The notes beneath the pieces are model-generated. The model worked only from the letters and a program-made list of their open reading frames with translations. It was not told the DNA's origin and searched no databases. The position numbers were made by a program, and so were the translations under genes. From NCBI GenBank assembly GCA_964016885.1, contig OZ024743.1:309752001-309816000 (forward strand): 64,000 bases of DNA, given 5' to 3'. This stretch comes from Eledone cirrhosa (taxonomy: Eukaryota). This document shows, in pieces, positions 12,745 to 26,792 of the stretch (position 1 is its first letter; each line of letters begins with the position of its first letter).

Positions 12745-13252
12745 TAAATAAAGGATTATGAGTTCATGCAATTGACTTATGTTTCGTCACTATATATATA
12801 TACATATATCTTTTGTTTGGCACAGAATTCTCTAAATGGCTATAAAAAAATTCAAAAATACGGGCGCCAAAATACTTGTTCACGTGACAGTCATAATTTC
12901 ATTTATAACCAATCAAATTACATTTATTAAAAAAAACCTTCGTGAGCCACCTTTTTTTAAGTAAAAAGAAATTCAAACACCAACTGGCACGAAAGCGGAT
13001 GCGCTTATTCACGTGACTGCATCAACCAACCAAACTTCACTCATATATGATAAAACAACCTGAGCCCCCCATTTGTTTGAAGAACTTTGTAACGCGAACT
13101 GGCACGAAATTTATTATACTTATTCACCAACCAACCAAATTACTTCTCTAAAAACCTGGCATTTCGAGCAACTTTCTTCCATATAAAACAGAAGTAACAT
13201 TGAAAGACCAACCAGATGTGAAAAAACCCACCAACCCTCCATCTAAATTCTA

Positions 13253-13288
13253 CTTTTGAAAAGCAGAAGAACTGCGAAACCGGTAAAG
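13253..13288 (+). ncRNA. Minimal hammerhead ribozyme, U3-A8 core variant
   Basis: ctt-TTGAAAA-gcag aagaa ctgc-GAAA-ccgg-TA-aag. Confidence 0.65.
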
Positions 13289-13449
13289 GAACCAAATAAA
13301 TATATATAAAAAAAAAAAAGACTCCAGTTGCAATTTCGATTTCATCTTTTTTCCTTATACTTTCACGCGTGTCGGACAGCTCGGTTATTTTTCATATTGT
13401 TAAAAAAAACCTCACTTTCTAATATATATATATATAGAAGTGGAAGCTT

Positions 13450-14400
13450 AGTAAAATCGAAGCTTTGGCTGTGGCCAAGCAAAACGACCTACAATTAGGA
13501 ATGAGCAGCAAAGCACTCAATAAGGTCGGGCCTTAGATTAATAACATACGTTTAAACAGCTTTACGAAACAAGTCTTTACGAAACAAGTTTAGGCCAGTT
13601 ATGCTGAAAACCCAATCACAGAGTAAGGAATGTGCCCATGTTTCCATGACTGTAATGAAGTCAGAGTCGATACTTTTGACGTAGGAGTCAAAAAGATGTA
13701 TCTTATTGCATAGACTCCGTGCATTTAAGGACAAGAATGTGTACCTTGATTCCAGTCTATGATTATGTGCAGGGGATGGCGGTTGTTCTGATTTAGTTTC
13801 CCAGAGTTTTTCCGTGTTTTTATTGCCAGTTGATGTGGGTATAGTGTTTTCAGACCAGCTGGTATCTCTTTTCCATGTTTCACCTGCCTTTATAAACTTC
13901 CATATCTGCCCATCATCACGTAGGCTGAAGCTTTCATGTTGTGCTGAGTTGCGGTTTAAGGAAGATGCAGCACGCAGCTTTGGGCGGACATCAGGTGGAA
14001 GACCAGGGCGTGTTCGGAAGGCAATCCGACTTTCATGCCTAGCTTTATCAGAGGCCAAAAGATATGAACGTGCCTCAGTTGAGTTAAAAAATAAGACAGT
14101 CTAATTAGCCTGGGTTTCGGACCTGGTCGGCCAAGAGCAGCCTTCGGGGGAGCACAACACAAGTCTTTGGATGAACTGGCAGCAAATATCTTCTGGTACA
14201 CCAATGGCAATCACTTCGTGGTTTACAGATTCAGTGGCATTCTCAATGCATCTAGATTTGGCAAGAGGTACGCGGAGATGTCGTAACAGGGCACTCCGGT
14301 AAGATCCCCGAACGCTTGATTTGATTCCTGCTATTTCTCGCTTTAAAGCGGAAATCATTTGCCGTATTTCTGCAAACCCCGTATTGACGGTCAATTGTTG
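13450..14400 (-). pseudogene. 5' portion of a CR1/L2-like LINE (ORF1 remnant plus start of the APE endonuclease)
   Basis: LNARSLCNK..ITVMETW..LFRKD APE motifs; upstream VIAIGVPED and LGRPGPKPRLIR resemble ORF1; frameshifted. Confidence 0.75.
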
Positions 14401-14532
14401 TTGTTTTTCTTGTTGCTGTTGTTGTTGTTGTTGTTGTTGTTCTTCTTCTTCTTCTTCTTCTTCTTCTTCTTCTTCTTCTTCTTCTTCTTCTTCTTCTTCT
14501 TCTTCTTCTTCTTCTTCTTCTTCTTCTTCTTC
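14395..14532. repeat. (GTT)n/(TTC)n compound microsatellite
   Basis: Direct observation. Confidence 0.97.
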
Positions 14533-15140
14533 AACAGGCATGGTAGGGGAAGCACATTTGTTAACGAGATAAATACAATGTTTGTTTATGTTTTGTTTTT
14601 GTATTTCTGTTTCTGTTTTCCTATGTATTGTGTGTGTGTATGCAAAAAGATCTGCACACGAATATATAATTGTATATATATAATTAAAAGGTGTATTTGT
14701 GTTAGAAGTGAAGTCAATGTTCAGAATGGTTTTATAATGTACGTAAGATTGGCCGGTATAGTCTCAAACGAAACAGTGTGGTTTCTTTTCACTTGTGTGT
14801 ATATGCGTGTGTGGTATATTTTTATATATAAATCTGTGTATATATTGTTGTTTATAGATTTTGTGAAGTGCTTACTGTGATCCCTAAGGGATGTAGTGAT
14901 TTTTTTTTTTCGTTCATGTCCACACGTGGTTTGTTAGCGAAATTGAAATATACTTCGTTAAAGTAATTTTATGTTGAAGCTGGTACTAATAGTCAGGGAA
15001 CAGTCAAAGTATTTGTAATAATAAATATTGTAATCCATCTGAAATGTGTTAAAAGGGCAGTTTTTGGTGATAATATTATATTTAGTTTGGGAAGACGTGG
15101 TCAAACGTCCTTGCTTGTCGCCATCTTTTCTTCTGTTTTG

Positions 15141-15388
15141 AGAAGATAATACACGAGAGAGAGAGTGTGTGTTTATGAAGGTACAGGGAATATCACTCGC
15201 GTATGGAACCTATAAACTAAGATAGGCGAGATATAGTATATAGTTATACAGGTTGGTAAATTCATTCTGATTTATATTTTTAATTATTATACGTCAACCT
15301 CACCTTTCTTAGTTCATAGGTTCCATACGGTAGTGGTATTCCCCTATCTTGATGAAAACACTCTCTCTCTCTCGTGTGTTATCTTCAC
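15141..15388. mobile_element. MITE-like fold-back with ~80-bp imperfect inverted arms
   Basis: gaagataatacacgagagagagagtg..cgtatggaacctataaactaaga versus tcttagttcataggttccatacg..cactctctctctctcgtgtgttatcttc. Confidence 0.6.
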
Positions 15389-15575
15389 TATATCCTATTT
15401 GAAGAGCCCAGGATTGATTCATTTTTCTTTGGGCTCATAAATTATAGGTACTAACGGGAGTTTCTGACTCCGTTACTTATTTTTAATATATACTATATAT
15501 ATATATATATATATATATACGTGGAAAAGTAAGAAATCGGAGAACAGACCGTTAATACATGTTTATTTAAAACAG

Positions 15576-15614
15576 CACCTACGTACGTTTCGCCCAGTTG
15601 GGCTTGACAAGGGC
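15576..15614 (-). ncRNA. Minimal hammerhead motif (U3-A8 type, A6 substituted) downstream of a PLE ORF
   Basis: Minus strand: gccc-TTGTCAA-gccc aact gggc-GAAA-cgtacg-TA-ggtgc. Confidence 0.55.
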
Positions 15615-15990
15615 ATAAATAACCAAAAGTGTTCCTTACATTGCTCGGAAAGTGTTGTGGGTGTTAAGTTCACGTCACAGGTCATTCTTCACAAAAAAAC
15701 CGTGTTTTGATTTTACAGTAGGTCAAGGGAGGTAACTCTGGCCGGTGTTAGGGCAGTCTTTCCCGGACAAATTTTTTATCTGTTACAAGATGTGCTTACA
15801 ACCTTACAGTTGTCGATACGCACAGGGTCAGGTAATCAACGCTTATTTTGAGACGTTTTTTTTCTGCACCTGTTCGCCTGGGTCGTTTGAAGCTGGGTCT
15901 TGGATGCATGGTTAGTTTCCTGGATGTTTTTTTGCAGCGCCTGCCCGCCGGAGTGTTAAAGCTTGTTGCAGTGAGACCCGGTACACAGTT

Positions 15991-17015
15991 TCACTCCTCA
16001 TCCTTAACCCATCTGAAGAAGGATATTTTTAAGCGATGTGAACAACTTATCGTCGTTTCAGCTCTGCTGTTGATGAGCTCGTGGGGTGCAGTTATGATGT
16101 GGTAGAGCTCCATGAGGCAAAGATCGCACTTCCTCTTGAAGTTGTACGGTGCAGCCCTGCCGACAATATCCCAGTGCGTGGAAAAGCTGATGTTTAAGTC
16201 TTTTAATAATGTGATGTAGTCCGGGAGCGAAGTGGAGTGTCTTAATTTCTTATTGAAAGATTGGAGATGTGTTCGAAATCTAATTTTGAACGGGCCGGAG
16301 GTAGCCCCTATATAATGTTCAACGCTATTGTGGCTAGTTACAGTGCACCTATATATAACCCTATCAGTCAAGCAGTATCCTCTAAAGGGGGCAGCGTCCC
16401 CTGTCGCGGCAGTTGCAATTTCTGTCGCGGTTCCTTCTACTTCCCACAGTAAGGCTATCATTGTTGCTATCTACGTTATTATCTACGCCGCCGCACCTGT
16501 CGTTAGCACCATTACAACCCACAGTGCGCGGGGTGGTACGATTATTATTCCGCACGTCATGTCCTGCATGTTACCCAGTCATGTCGCGGTTATGCTGATT
16601 GCGTCTGTCGAGGCTGTTGCCAGCACTATTGGATGCTGCTAGGGAGTTGTTAAGGCCGATATAATTATTGTAAGGTGTAGGTGAGTCTGTGTCAAGGTGC
16701 TGTGTCTTGGTGATCTTACTGTGGTTCGTTGTCCCTTTGATGTCTGCTAGGTTAGGAGTAGTAGAGAAGGATATTTTTATATTGTTCCTATTAAGGATTT
16801 TTCTATACCTATGGTTGGGTGGGAAGTTCTTCTCTAAGGCTTCGAAGAATATCCGGGGTATGTTGGAGGCCACACTCCGAGAGTAGGGGAGGGTGGAACC
16901 ATAGGACGTTACGGTGGCGATTACGTGTCCTTGTACGTTTGCTACGGGTGGTTCCATCAAGGTGACCGTCCTTATGTATGTTAATGTGCTGTAGCCCGTT
17001 ACGTGCCCCTTTCAC
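15991..17015 (-). pseudogene. PLE GIY-YIG endonuclease region without RT, frameshifted
   Basis: VLWFHPP, IKISFSTTPNL, GYCL..VIYRC..YIGATS..FKIRF..H..SF, CDLCLME, INSRAE; homologous to 7850-8521. Confidence 0.85.
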
Positions 17016-17249
17016 TTTATGCTCGGCTGCACTCTTCTTCCATCTTCCATGTTTATGTACAGGAAGATGTAGGTTGGAAGGCGTTGGTAGTAGGCCGTCG
17101 CCTTTGTTGATTTTATAGTAGGAGAATAATTTGAGTAGGCTACACTGTCACCGAGGTCGCTGTGGTCACTGTCACTCCCCCACTAAATATTAACACTTCT
17201 AATATTTAATACTGCCGGCACTAGTATTGAGCACCTATATATATATATA

Positions 17250-17458
17250 ACGAAAGAGGTGTGATAAGGAACCGGATGGACCACAACGCACCAGAGTACT
17301 CAATACTTAGGGTAGTAGAGTGGGTAATATGAAAAAGTTTAACCCCGACGGCAGGAGGTCAGGCCGTTTCGACGGCTATTTCTTGAATAAATTCTAATTT
17401 AGTCCAGAAATAGCCGTCGAAACGGCTCCACCTCTGCCGTCGGGGTTAAACCTTTTCC
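17250..17458. mobile_element. PLE pseudo-LTR fragment with hammerhead-half palindrome, in (TA)n
   Basis: Hairpin 17331-17458 with GAAA-cggc..gccg-TC-gggg on both strands. Confidence 0.6.
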
Positions 17459-17938
17459 TATATATATATATATATATATGTATATGAATGATAGACACTT
17501 TCAGCGAGAACGACATTCTTGCGAATATAAATAGCATTTATACAGATATTATACCTATAACGTGACTCTGCAGTTTTACTGTAGGAACAAGCGTGGCTCG
17601 GTGTGACACATCTATACTATTATATGATAAGCAGGAAGTCTCAGCACATCTTTCTGTAAAGAGAGTGTGTTTAGTTTCCCATAAACATACACACATTAGC
17701 AACGACCAACCGTTGAGTTGTTGTGTACTCTTATTGATTAAATATATCTTAGATGAACTAAAATATTATTGCCTCCAGTTATGCTCGCTCATCATCTATA
17801 TATGTATAAATAAACACACACACACAAACATACACTCGCGTACTCATGCGGATACTCATACGTACAAACACACACACATATATACATACATGCATACATA
17901 AATACATACATACATACATACATACATACATACATACA

Positions 17939-17969
<31 letters not shown>

Positions 17970-17970
<1 letters not shown>

Positions 17971-20900
17971 CAGTCAACGCGATCAGTCGCATATTTTTCC
18001 GTGAGAGACTATTTATTAAATTTAAGATAAATACTATCTTCGACAGTAATGCCACAACTACAGTCATGTTGAATAACTGGTTATTCTTGTAACTATATCT
18101 TCTGAAGATACTTTTTATTCGAATTCGTAGATATCCGACTAAATACATAATTCATTTTACAAGGATTTGCTACAAACAGCATGGCTGAACACAACATCAA
18201 CAACAAAATTAAGGAAGTACCGAAGACGAATAACAAGTAAGGTAAACAAACTTTATTCAGTTGTAACTACAGAAGAAACCGAAATTATAAATCGAATTTC
18301 TCTTGGAGTTGCGAACTTAATGATGATTTATTTAATTGTTATAAAATGGCAAAAAACAATCCCTCCATTGGCTATATGAACAGAATGAAGCTACACTGGG
18401 GCGAAATACACCCAGAGATAAATTATTTCACAGCGAAACAATTACGCCAATAAGCGTGGTTTGTTGAACGTAAAAATAAGATAAATATTATTAATTGTAA
18501 GTCCCCACAACAAACATGTTATCAACAACACGTGCTACAGGTCGCCATGCTACTAGACTTCCTAGCAGCCAGGTCGAAGAGCGCCTTGAAACAACTATGC
18601 CTGTAAAAAAACTTGACACCACCTGTACCATCTAAGTCTACCTCGAATTCTGGAGAAAACACTATCGATAATAATAATAATAATCGAAGAAATTTGACAC
18701 CACGTGTACCATCCGAGTCTACCTCGACTATTGTGGAAAATACTATCGATAATGATAATCAAAAGTATAAACAATTGAAATTTTCCCTCAACGAAATCTT
18801 CCAGAGAGAAATTAATTCATGTATAAATATCTCTCTTGCTGAACGTATTAAAACGACAATGTTTAATAAAAAAACAAATAATGAAATATTACGTGTTATT
18901 GACGAAATAGGGGATGAATATTTACGACGGATAAAAACCCCAACATTTTGGCAAATCAACGCCTGTTTATATGCCTTAGCAACGAGAGTGAAGCATTATC
19001 TTGGTGATAGCAGAGATATTAACAAGAACAGAACACCACCAAAAATACCATCATATAGAAAAAATAGAAAAAAAGATTGCTGACCTACGAAAAAAGATAG
19101 GATAAGTGATAATGCTCCTTACATGCAAACAAACACACAAAAAACCTCACTACTCACCAACAAAGAGTGAAAAATAAAATAGAGACGATGTTTGGTAACA
19201 GTAGAACCAGAACTCTCCAATATAAGCTGATCACCTTCAAACAAGAATTGAGAGCTGTTAGCGAAAAACGCCCATGCCTGTAGAAGGTAGATTAGAGAAA
19301 AGTGATTTATAAAAGTTTCAGACGTAATCAAACATCAGTCTATAGAGATATGAAGGGCAACATAATAAGTGTCAGTGAGGCCCCATTCCAGAAAGACATA
19401 GATTCGTTTTGGAGCAAAAAAATATGGGGTGAAAAGAAGAATTTCAACCAAGATGCAGTGTGGCTAAGAGAAATTTGAAAAAAACTATTGCTCTTACACT
19501 ACAACAAAAACATATGAAATAAGTGAGGGTACTCTTGAGACTGTGATAAGAAAACTCCAAGATAAGAAAACACCAGGAAGAGACATGATTGTCGGCTACT
19601 GGTACAAAAAACTAATATTCTATCGGAGGTATCTTACTGACCTCTACCAACAAGTTCTTAAGGGAGATACACTCATACCAGAATGGTTGACATTAGCACC
19701 AACATTACTGGTCCCCAAGAACAAAGACACCCACTCGGCAAAAAACTACCGACCCATTGCATGCCAGAACCTGATGTATAAGATGTATACAGCCTGCCTG
19801 AACCTATTCCTCCAAGATCACTGTGAAAATAATAACATCATCACAGATAAACAAACAGCTGGAAAGAAAGGGGTTTGGGGATGTGCTGAACAACTCCTAA
19901 TAAAATAAACGGAGCTTTCGATTCTGTTCCCCACTCATGGATGATAGAGGCCCTCCAGCTTGCTGAAGTCCCAGATATTATTGTCAGAGCCATAGAGACG
20001 CTGTCTTCTTCTTGGGCTACTATCCTAAGGTTAAAGACAGAGAGGGAGGACTCTATTTTCACTGGTAAAATAAAATATTGCAGGGATATATTTCAGGGGG
20101 ACAGTCTCTCTGTGATATTATTCATCTTGTCATTAAACCCCTTGTCGTTTCTGCTCAAGAAATGTGAGGGATACATCATTGGCTCACAGGAGGACAGAAA
20201 TACGAACCTAACCCATAATTTATTTGTGGACGATCTGAAACTCTATGCCAAGAACATGGATGGGATGAAGAAAAATCTTGACCTGGTTACAACATTCTCA
20301 AAGAATATAGGAATAGAGTTTGGCCAAGATAAATGCTCATACATGAATGTAAGGCGGGGAAAAACAACCACCCAATCTAGCAACATTGTCATCAATGGCC
20401 TAACTGTTTCACCGATATCTGATGAGGACTGCTACAGATACCTGGGGATAGATGAGAACATATCCTATAATGGTGTCGGTAATAAAGAACGCGTAACCAG
20501 GGAATACTACACCCGATTAAGAAAGATCTGGTCTTCGAAACTCTCTGCGCAAAACAAAACAGTGGCTCACATTGTGTTTGCTGTGCTTGTCCTAACACCA
20601 ACGTTTGGAATACTCAATTGGACGATAGACAAAATCCGATCAGTTGATGTTGGAACTCGGAAAATACTAAACAACACCGGAAACTTCCACATCAACAGTG
20701 ACATAAACCGCCTTTACTTGAAACGTAAGTAGGGAGGCAGAGGCCTAACATCAGTCCAGACAACATTTGAATGTCGCATCATATCTCTCCGACAACATCT
20801 ACGAACCTCGAAGCGTAGGAGCCCGTTTATCGAGCAAGTCTATCTACATGAAACAGATAAGATCATGAGAGTTGGGAAGGAACTCTTTGAGAGATATTCC

Positions 20901-22015
20901 CTGTGTGATAATCAAAAACTCACACCCAGGGATATGGCTCAGAAGTATCGCAGCGAATTCATGGATGAACATCTGCATGCTTACCAGCAAAAAATCATGC
21001 ATGGATAAGTTGCCAGGAAGCTCATGAGTGAGAGTAATATACATAAGGAAAGCAGTCTATCTTGGACCAACAACCGCTATATTTGCTCCCACTTTGAAGG
21101 TTGCGCTTTTGCAATCCAAGAACAGGAGATTAACACGAAAAACCTGATTCAAAAAACAGATAGGTATGCAGGCACAACACCTATATGTGATAACAAGTGC
21201 AGACTCTGCAGAACTAACATCGAGGATAACACCCATGTCAGCAGCAGCTGCCCAAAGATGTCATCGCTGTACTATCTACCAATGAGGCATGATGTAGTGG
21301 CCAACACACTGTACAATGCAGTTCGTAAAAAAGATAGCCCCGATAATAAACACATTAAAAGCGACAGCAATGTGGAAGACATCCGAATACATAATATAAA
21401 AGAGTACTGGTGGAATGTTCCAGTAAAAACCCCAATAAAATGCAGGCATAACAGACCAGATATTATGATATGGGACAGGGAGAAGAAAGCATGCACAGTA
21501 GTGGAAATTAGCTGCCCAGCAGATGCCAATATAATATCAAAGATTAGTGAAAAGGAGAATATTTATGCAGAACTGATGTGAAATCTGCAGATACTCCACC
21601 CTGATTATACCTTCAGATTTATGCCTGTGATTATTGGGGCACTGGGTTATGTTAGCAACTGCCTCAATACAAATCTTGAGAAGCTAGGCTTCACAGGAAC
21701 AGAAAGAACACAACAAGTTAGGAAATTACAAGTACAATTCATTAATGGAACAGTAAAAATATGTAAAACATTCCAAAACTTTTGCATCTAATAACTGCAT
21801 ATACACATGTACAGATACAAAGCATATACACATGCACACATACAACTCAAAACATCCACATCCACACATACAATAACATCCATATCTACACATGCATACA
21901 TACATATCTACCTAGTTGATGTTGTGTAAATTCCAATGGGAGAGTCTTGTGTCTATGTTAGAAACCGACTCTCTCTCTATTGGTAAAAATGTGTGAAATT
22001 ATAAAACCAGAAGAA
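17970..22015 (+). mobile_element. R4/Dong-type non-LTR retrotransposon, family C, near full length but degenerate, flanked by (TACA)n
   Basis: NYRPIAC, FQGDSLS, FVDDLKLY RT motifs; AIQEQEI, CRLC..H..C, RHD, NRPDIMI..VEISCP RLE motifs; many stops and frameshifts. Confidence 0.9.
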
Positions 22016-22929
22016 CATACATACATACATACATACATACATACATACATACATACATACATACATGTAACCCTTCCTGAAAGTTTGATTTGATATGTTT
22101 TCTAAGTAAATTGTCATTATTATTTGTAAATAAACGGAAAATGTGTTCTTGAGTCAACATATGTCACCAGCAACGAATGAAATTTAAGTAATAACTAAAA
22201 TCAAAAATCTGTGTAATATTTATAAAGTTTCCCGCTGATATGTTGATGGAACAATGTATAACGCATTGTTGAAACTTTGTTATCGTTTTACATCTTTATT
22301 ACACCTTATCTAATGTTAGAAAATATCCGGTCTGTTTTTTTTTTCCATTATCAATTTCATTTTCTTATTATCGATTTAATAACATACTAAAAATGAGGTT
22401 TTTTTTAGATTAATCGATATATATTATGTGTAGATTGAAAAACGTATTCTTTTTAATGCCGAATTAATATAGGTTAGATAACATGGGTTGTGGAGAGATC
22501 TTTTTAAAAATCTTTGGATGTGAGAAATAAAATTAAGTTAAAAGACACTTAAGTCCAGATGCTCGGCGTGTCTTGTGTAATCACACCCTCGTAGAGCGTA
22601 TCCTACTCCAGATCACAACACAGTGGATAATTTCCAGAGAAAGAGAAAGGGACAGGGAGAGAAAATGATAAAAAGGAGATAGAAGTTGAATCGACCTCTG
22701 TTGTGGACAAGCACTTTACTTATAGACCTGGGAAGGGTGAAAGGCAAATATGACCCCAATATTTGAACGCAGAGAGTAGTGATCCGGAACAAATACCTAA
22801 ATATTTTGTTTTAACCGGGTAATTTGAAGATGGCAAATTTGTCACTTTTGTGAATTTAAATTAGATATTAATTACATCTTTTAAGTTCACATTAGGTAAT
22901 AAGTGACATTATTTCACGCAACATAGAAA

Positions 22930-23130
22930 TATATCATTTACGTTAGCATGAGTTCGAACGTCAAACAAAATGCTTTGTGACATACATTTACGACTTTTTA
23001 TGTTCCGAATTCAAATCCTGCCGAAGTAACGTTGCTTTTCATGAAATAAAAATACCAACCAAGTGGTCGATTTAACCCAATTCCCTTCTCAAAAATACCG
23101 GCCTTGTGCTTAAATCAGAGATTAATATAA
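22930..23130 (+). mobile_element. Degenerate SINE (family 1)
   Basis: ttccgaattcaaatcctgccgaag..gcttttcat..ggccttgtgc. Confidence 0.6.
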
Positions 23131-23759
23131 ATTATTTGGTATTTAGCTTTTTTCCTAGATTGGAGGCTACAGTGTATCAAAGAATCGATCAATAAAAAAA
23201 GACACCTTAAACATTCTCAAGTGAAAACATAATTATCATTCTTCATTCCCCAACACAAAAACACAATCAGTACACATATAAAGGAAACAACGTACCACTC
23301 CATGTTCTCTAGCTTTGGCGATATGCAACTAAAACACTTAATGTCTCTAAAAATGACAGGATTTATTAATACGCTTGATTTTTTCCAGTGATTTCACATC
23401 CATAATTCGCTGCATAATAAAAACAAATTCTCCTCTCTCCAGGCAGAAAATAACTTCCGTTCTGAGCAGTTGCTAACTTTTTACAAATCTCAAGTGAGGC
23501 CCATAATGGAATACTGATGTTCTTATTAAGACGAGAGTAAGATGATCAAAATGCATTAAATCTCCAATGACAACGAAACGAAAATAGGATAAATATCTTC
23601 CACTAGATAACATGTAATAAATGTCAAACGATAACTAAATTTGAACAATGTACCATATATTGCTGTATCTGTGTATCAACGGGAAATGTTATATTAACAG
23701 ATGTTGGTTTTAAGCATGTATTTAAATTTCAGTCGTTGTCAAGTGCATATATTGACTCA

Positions 23760-23936
<177 letters not shown>

Positions 23937-26475
23937 CTGTCAACACCACTCAGGCACACAATATCCTGCTTGTTTTGGGGGACTTCAATGCACATCTGAG
24001 TAAGGAGGGCAGTGAAGATCCTTGCTGGTACTTCCATAACAACACCAACCGAAATGGAAGACTACTGAGAGACACCCTTCTGGAGGCGAACTTGATGGCG
24101 ACCAACCTAAGGTTTAGGAAGAATCTGGGGAAGATGTGGACCTACATCTCAGATATGCACCTGTCCACGTCCCAGATTGATTTCATTCTGGTGAGGAAAA
24201 AGTGGCGGAATAGTGTTCTGAACACGGAACCATACAGCTATTTCAGTACACTGGGTAGTGACCACCGGCTTGTTATGAGTGAGGTCCGCGTGAGCTTAAG
24301 AAAGAGCAAGGCTCAGCCCCGGAGAACAATCTATGACTGGGGAGCTTTCAAGGAACATGATAAGCTACAGGAGAGGTTCACAGTGGAAGTGAGAAACGGG
24401 TTTAGTGCTCCGTGTGGAGAGTCAGAGGAGAGAGAGATTGGATGAACTGAGGAGAGTGTGACGAGGAGGTACGGGCACTTCACCAATGCAGTGGCGAAAG
24501 CAAGTGAAACCCTGGTGCCGAGGAAAAAGAACAAAGGGAAGCACGTCAGCTCTGCAAACCCAAAAGTGTGTGCAGCCAGAGAACACTTGAAAGCTGCCAG
24601 GGACCAATTCTATGCTGATCCTACGGAGGAGAGGATGGAGACTGTGGAGGTGATGAGGGAAGAGCTCTGTACCGCTTACACTGAGGTCAGAGAGGAGGCA
24701 CTGATAGAGAAGATCAGAAGTGTGGAGAGAGCGGTTGACAGATCTGGATGTAAGGAGAGCTGGATGATCATCAACGAGATCACAGGGAGGAAGAAAAGGT
24801 GTTCGAGTCAGATCCAGGGAACGGGGCCCGAGGATAGGAAGAGGAAATGGCTAGACCATTTTAGGACCCTACTAGGAGGGCCACCCTCCACAGCCCAGAG
24901 CACAGGGGAGATCAGGCGGCTGTTTGAGGAACTGGATGTTGAGACAGAGCCCTTCACCAGAGAGGAGCTTCAGAGAGCCAAGAAGAAGATCAAGGAGGGC
25001 AAGGCTCATGGAGAAGATGGAGTGGCATCAGGGGTGATGAAGAGGTGTGATTTTGATGATATCATCCTGGGGTTCTGTAACGGGGCACTGGAGAAAGGAG
25101 GTGCCCCGAATCAGTGGAGGATCAGTAACATCGTCCCAGTGCCAAAGAAGGGAGATCTCTCTAACACCAACAACTACCGGGGGATCTCACTGACGTCACT
25201 TGTGGCAAAGACCCTCAACAGGATGATTCTTAACAGGATCCAGCCTGAGATGGAGAAGAAGCTCAGGGACAACCAGAACGGCTTCAGAGAGGGTAGATCA
25301 ACCACCAGTCACATCCTGATGCTGAGGAGGATATTAGAGGGAGCTAGAGCAAAGTGCCTTCCTGCGGTCATGGTTTTCATTGACTTTAGGAAGGCCTTTG
25401 ATTCTGTGGACCGTTAGTGCCTGATGAAGATCTTACAGGCTTATGGAATCCCCAAGAGGATAGTGGACCTGATATCACTGCTCTACACCAACACCAAAGC
25501 CCAAGTCATTACACCTAATGGGATGACAGAGTTCTTTGAGATACTGGCTGGAGTGCTCCAGGGAGATACATTGGCTCCCTACCTTTTTATCATCGTAGTG
25601 GACTATTGTATGCGCCTTGCACTGGAGAAACACCAGGACTCTGGCTTTACTGTAGCACCGGCTCAGAGCAGGAGAGTTGGGGCGAAAAAGGTATCGGATG
25701 CTGGATTTGCCGACGACATAGTTTTGGTGACAAATACAGTGAAGGAGGCAGAGGATTTGATGCGGGAGGTTGAGACTGTGTCGATGAGTGTGGGGCTGAG
25801 AATGAATGAGACTAAAACAAAATATCTGGTAGAGAATGTTGAGAAGCCAGAGGGGATCACTAATGTAGGCGGGAAGCCGCTGGAATTGGTTGAGGACTTC
25901 CTGTATTTGGGAGCAAAGATTGGGAATACGGAGGATGATGTGGTTGAGAGGAAGAGCAAGGCCTGGGCGGCGTGCCACAGCTTGAGATCGGTGTGGAAGT
26001 CGGACCTTCGTAGAGATCTGAAAATCCGCCTCTTCATTGCTGTAGTGGAGTCTGTGCTGCTGTATGGGTCTGAGACTTGAACACTGACTAAGAAACTCAC
26101 TCAGATGGTGGATGGTGCTACACGGGAATGTTGAGGATGGCTCTGGACATTAATCAGTATACACTGAGGATGAAAAACTCAGAGCTGTATGGGAGCATCC
26201 CAAGAGTCAGCTCAAAAGTGACACAGAGGAGACTGAGGTTGGCTGGACATGCTCACCGACATCCAGAGTTGACATTCCAATCAGTGCTCCTTTGGGAGCC
26301 CCTACATGGACACACTAGAAGAGGAAGACCAAGGTTAACATATGTTGATGCCATAAGGACAGACACTGGTCTGTTGGAGATGCAGGATATGGCAGCGATA
26401 ATGAGGGACAGAGACCGTTGGAGAGAACTCGTCCATGGATCTCGGGAATTTTACCCGCCTTAGATAGATAGATAG
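23937..26475 (+). mobile_element. 5'-truncated RTE/RTE-X LINE (APE C-terminal half plus RT), with stops
   Basis: GDFNA, QIDFIL, SDHRLV (APE); NYRGISL, QNGFR, FIDFRKAFDSV, GVLQGDTLAPYLF, FADDI (RT); ends at the stop codon followed by (TAGA)n/(TA)n. Confidence 0.92.
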
Positions 26476-26581
26476 ATATATATATATAAATGTATAAATA
26501 AATATATAAAGGGTAAACGGTAAATGACCAATATATATATGTGTACATATATGTATATTTATATAATAATAACGATAATAA

Positions 26582-26792
26582 TCTCAAAATGTTTCCAGGG
26601 ATGATTAAAGAAAATTGGCCCCTTCACGCTTTTTGGAACGCTTCAAAAGGCATGCTTGCTGGGAACAGCAAGAACTCTCCCATACGTCCTGAATACCTGA
26701 GGCTGCAGGTAGTGGCTTGATATTCATTTCAGCAAACTTTCCAGTTAACTAACGTCAATGACTGAGACTCAAAGAACAATAATAATAATAAT
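26582..26792 (+). mobile_element. R4/Dong family A, ~200-bp 3' fragment with (AAT)n tail
   Basis: Matches the last codons and 3' UTR at 30960-31150. Confidence 0.9.

Noticed and set aside
14101-14880. Poly-E/Q, poly-S and poly-F ORFs
   Set aside because: Trinucleotide microsatellite; only the adjoining LINE ORF1 remnant is meaningful
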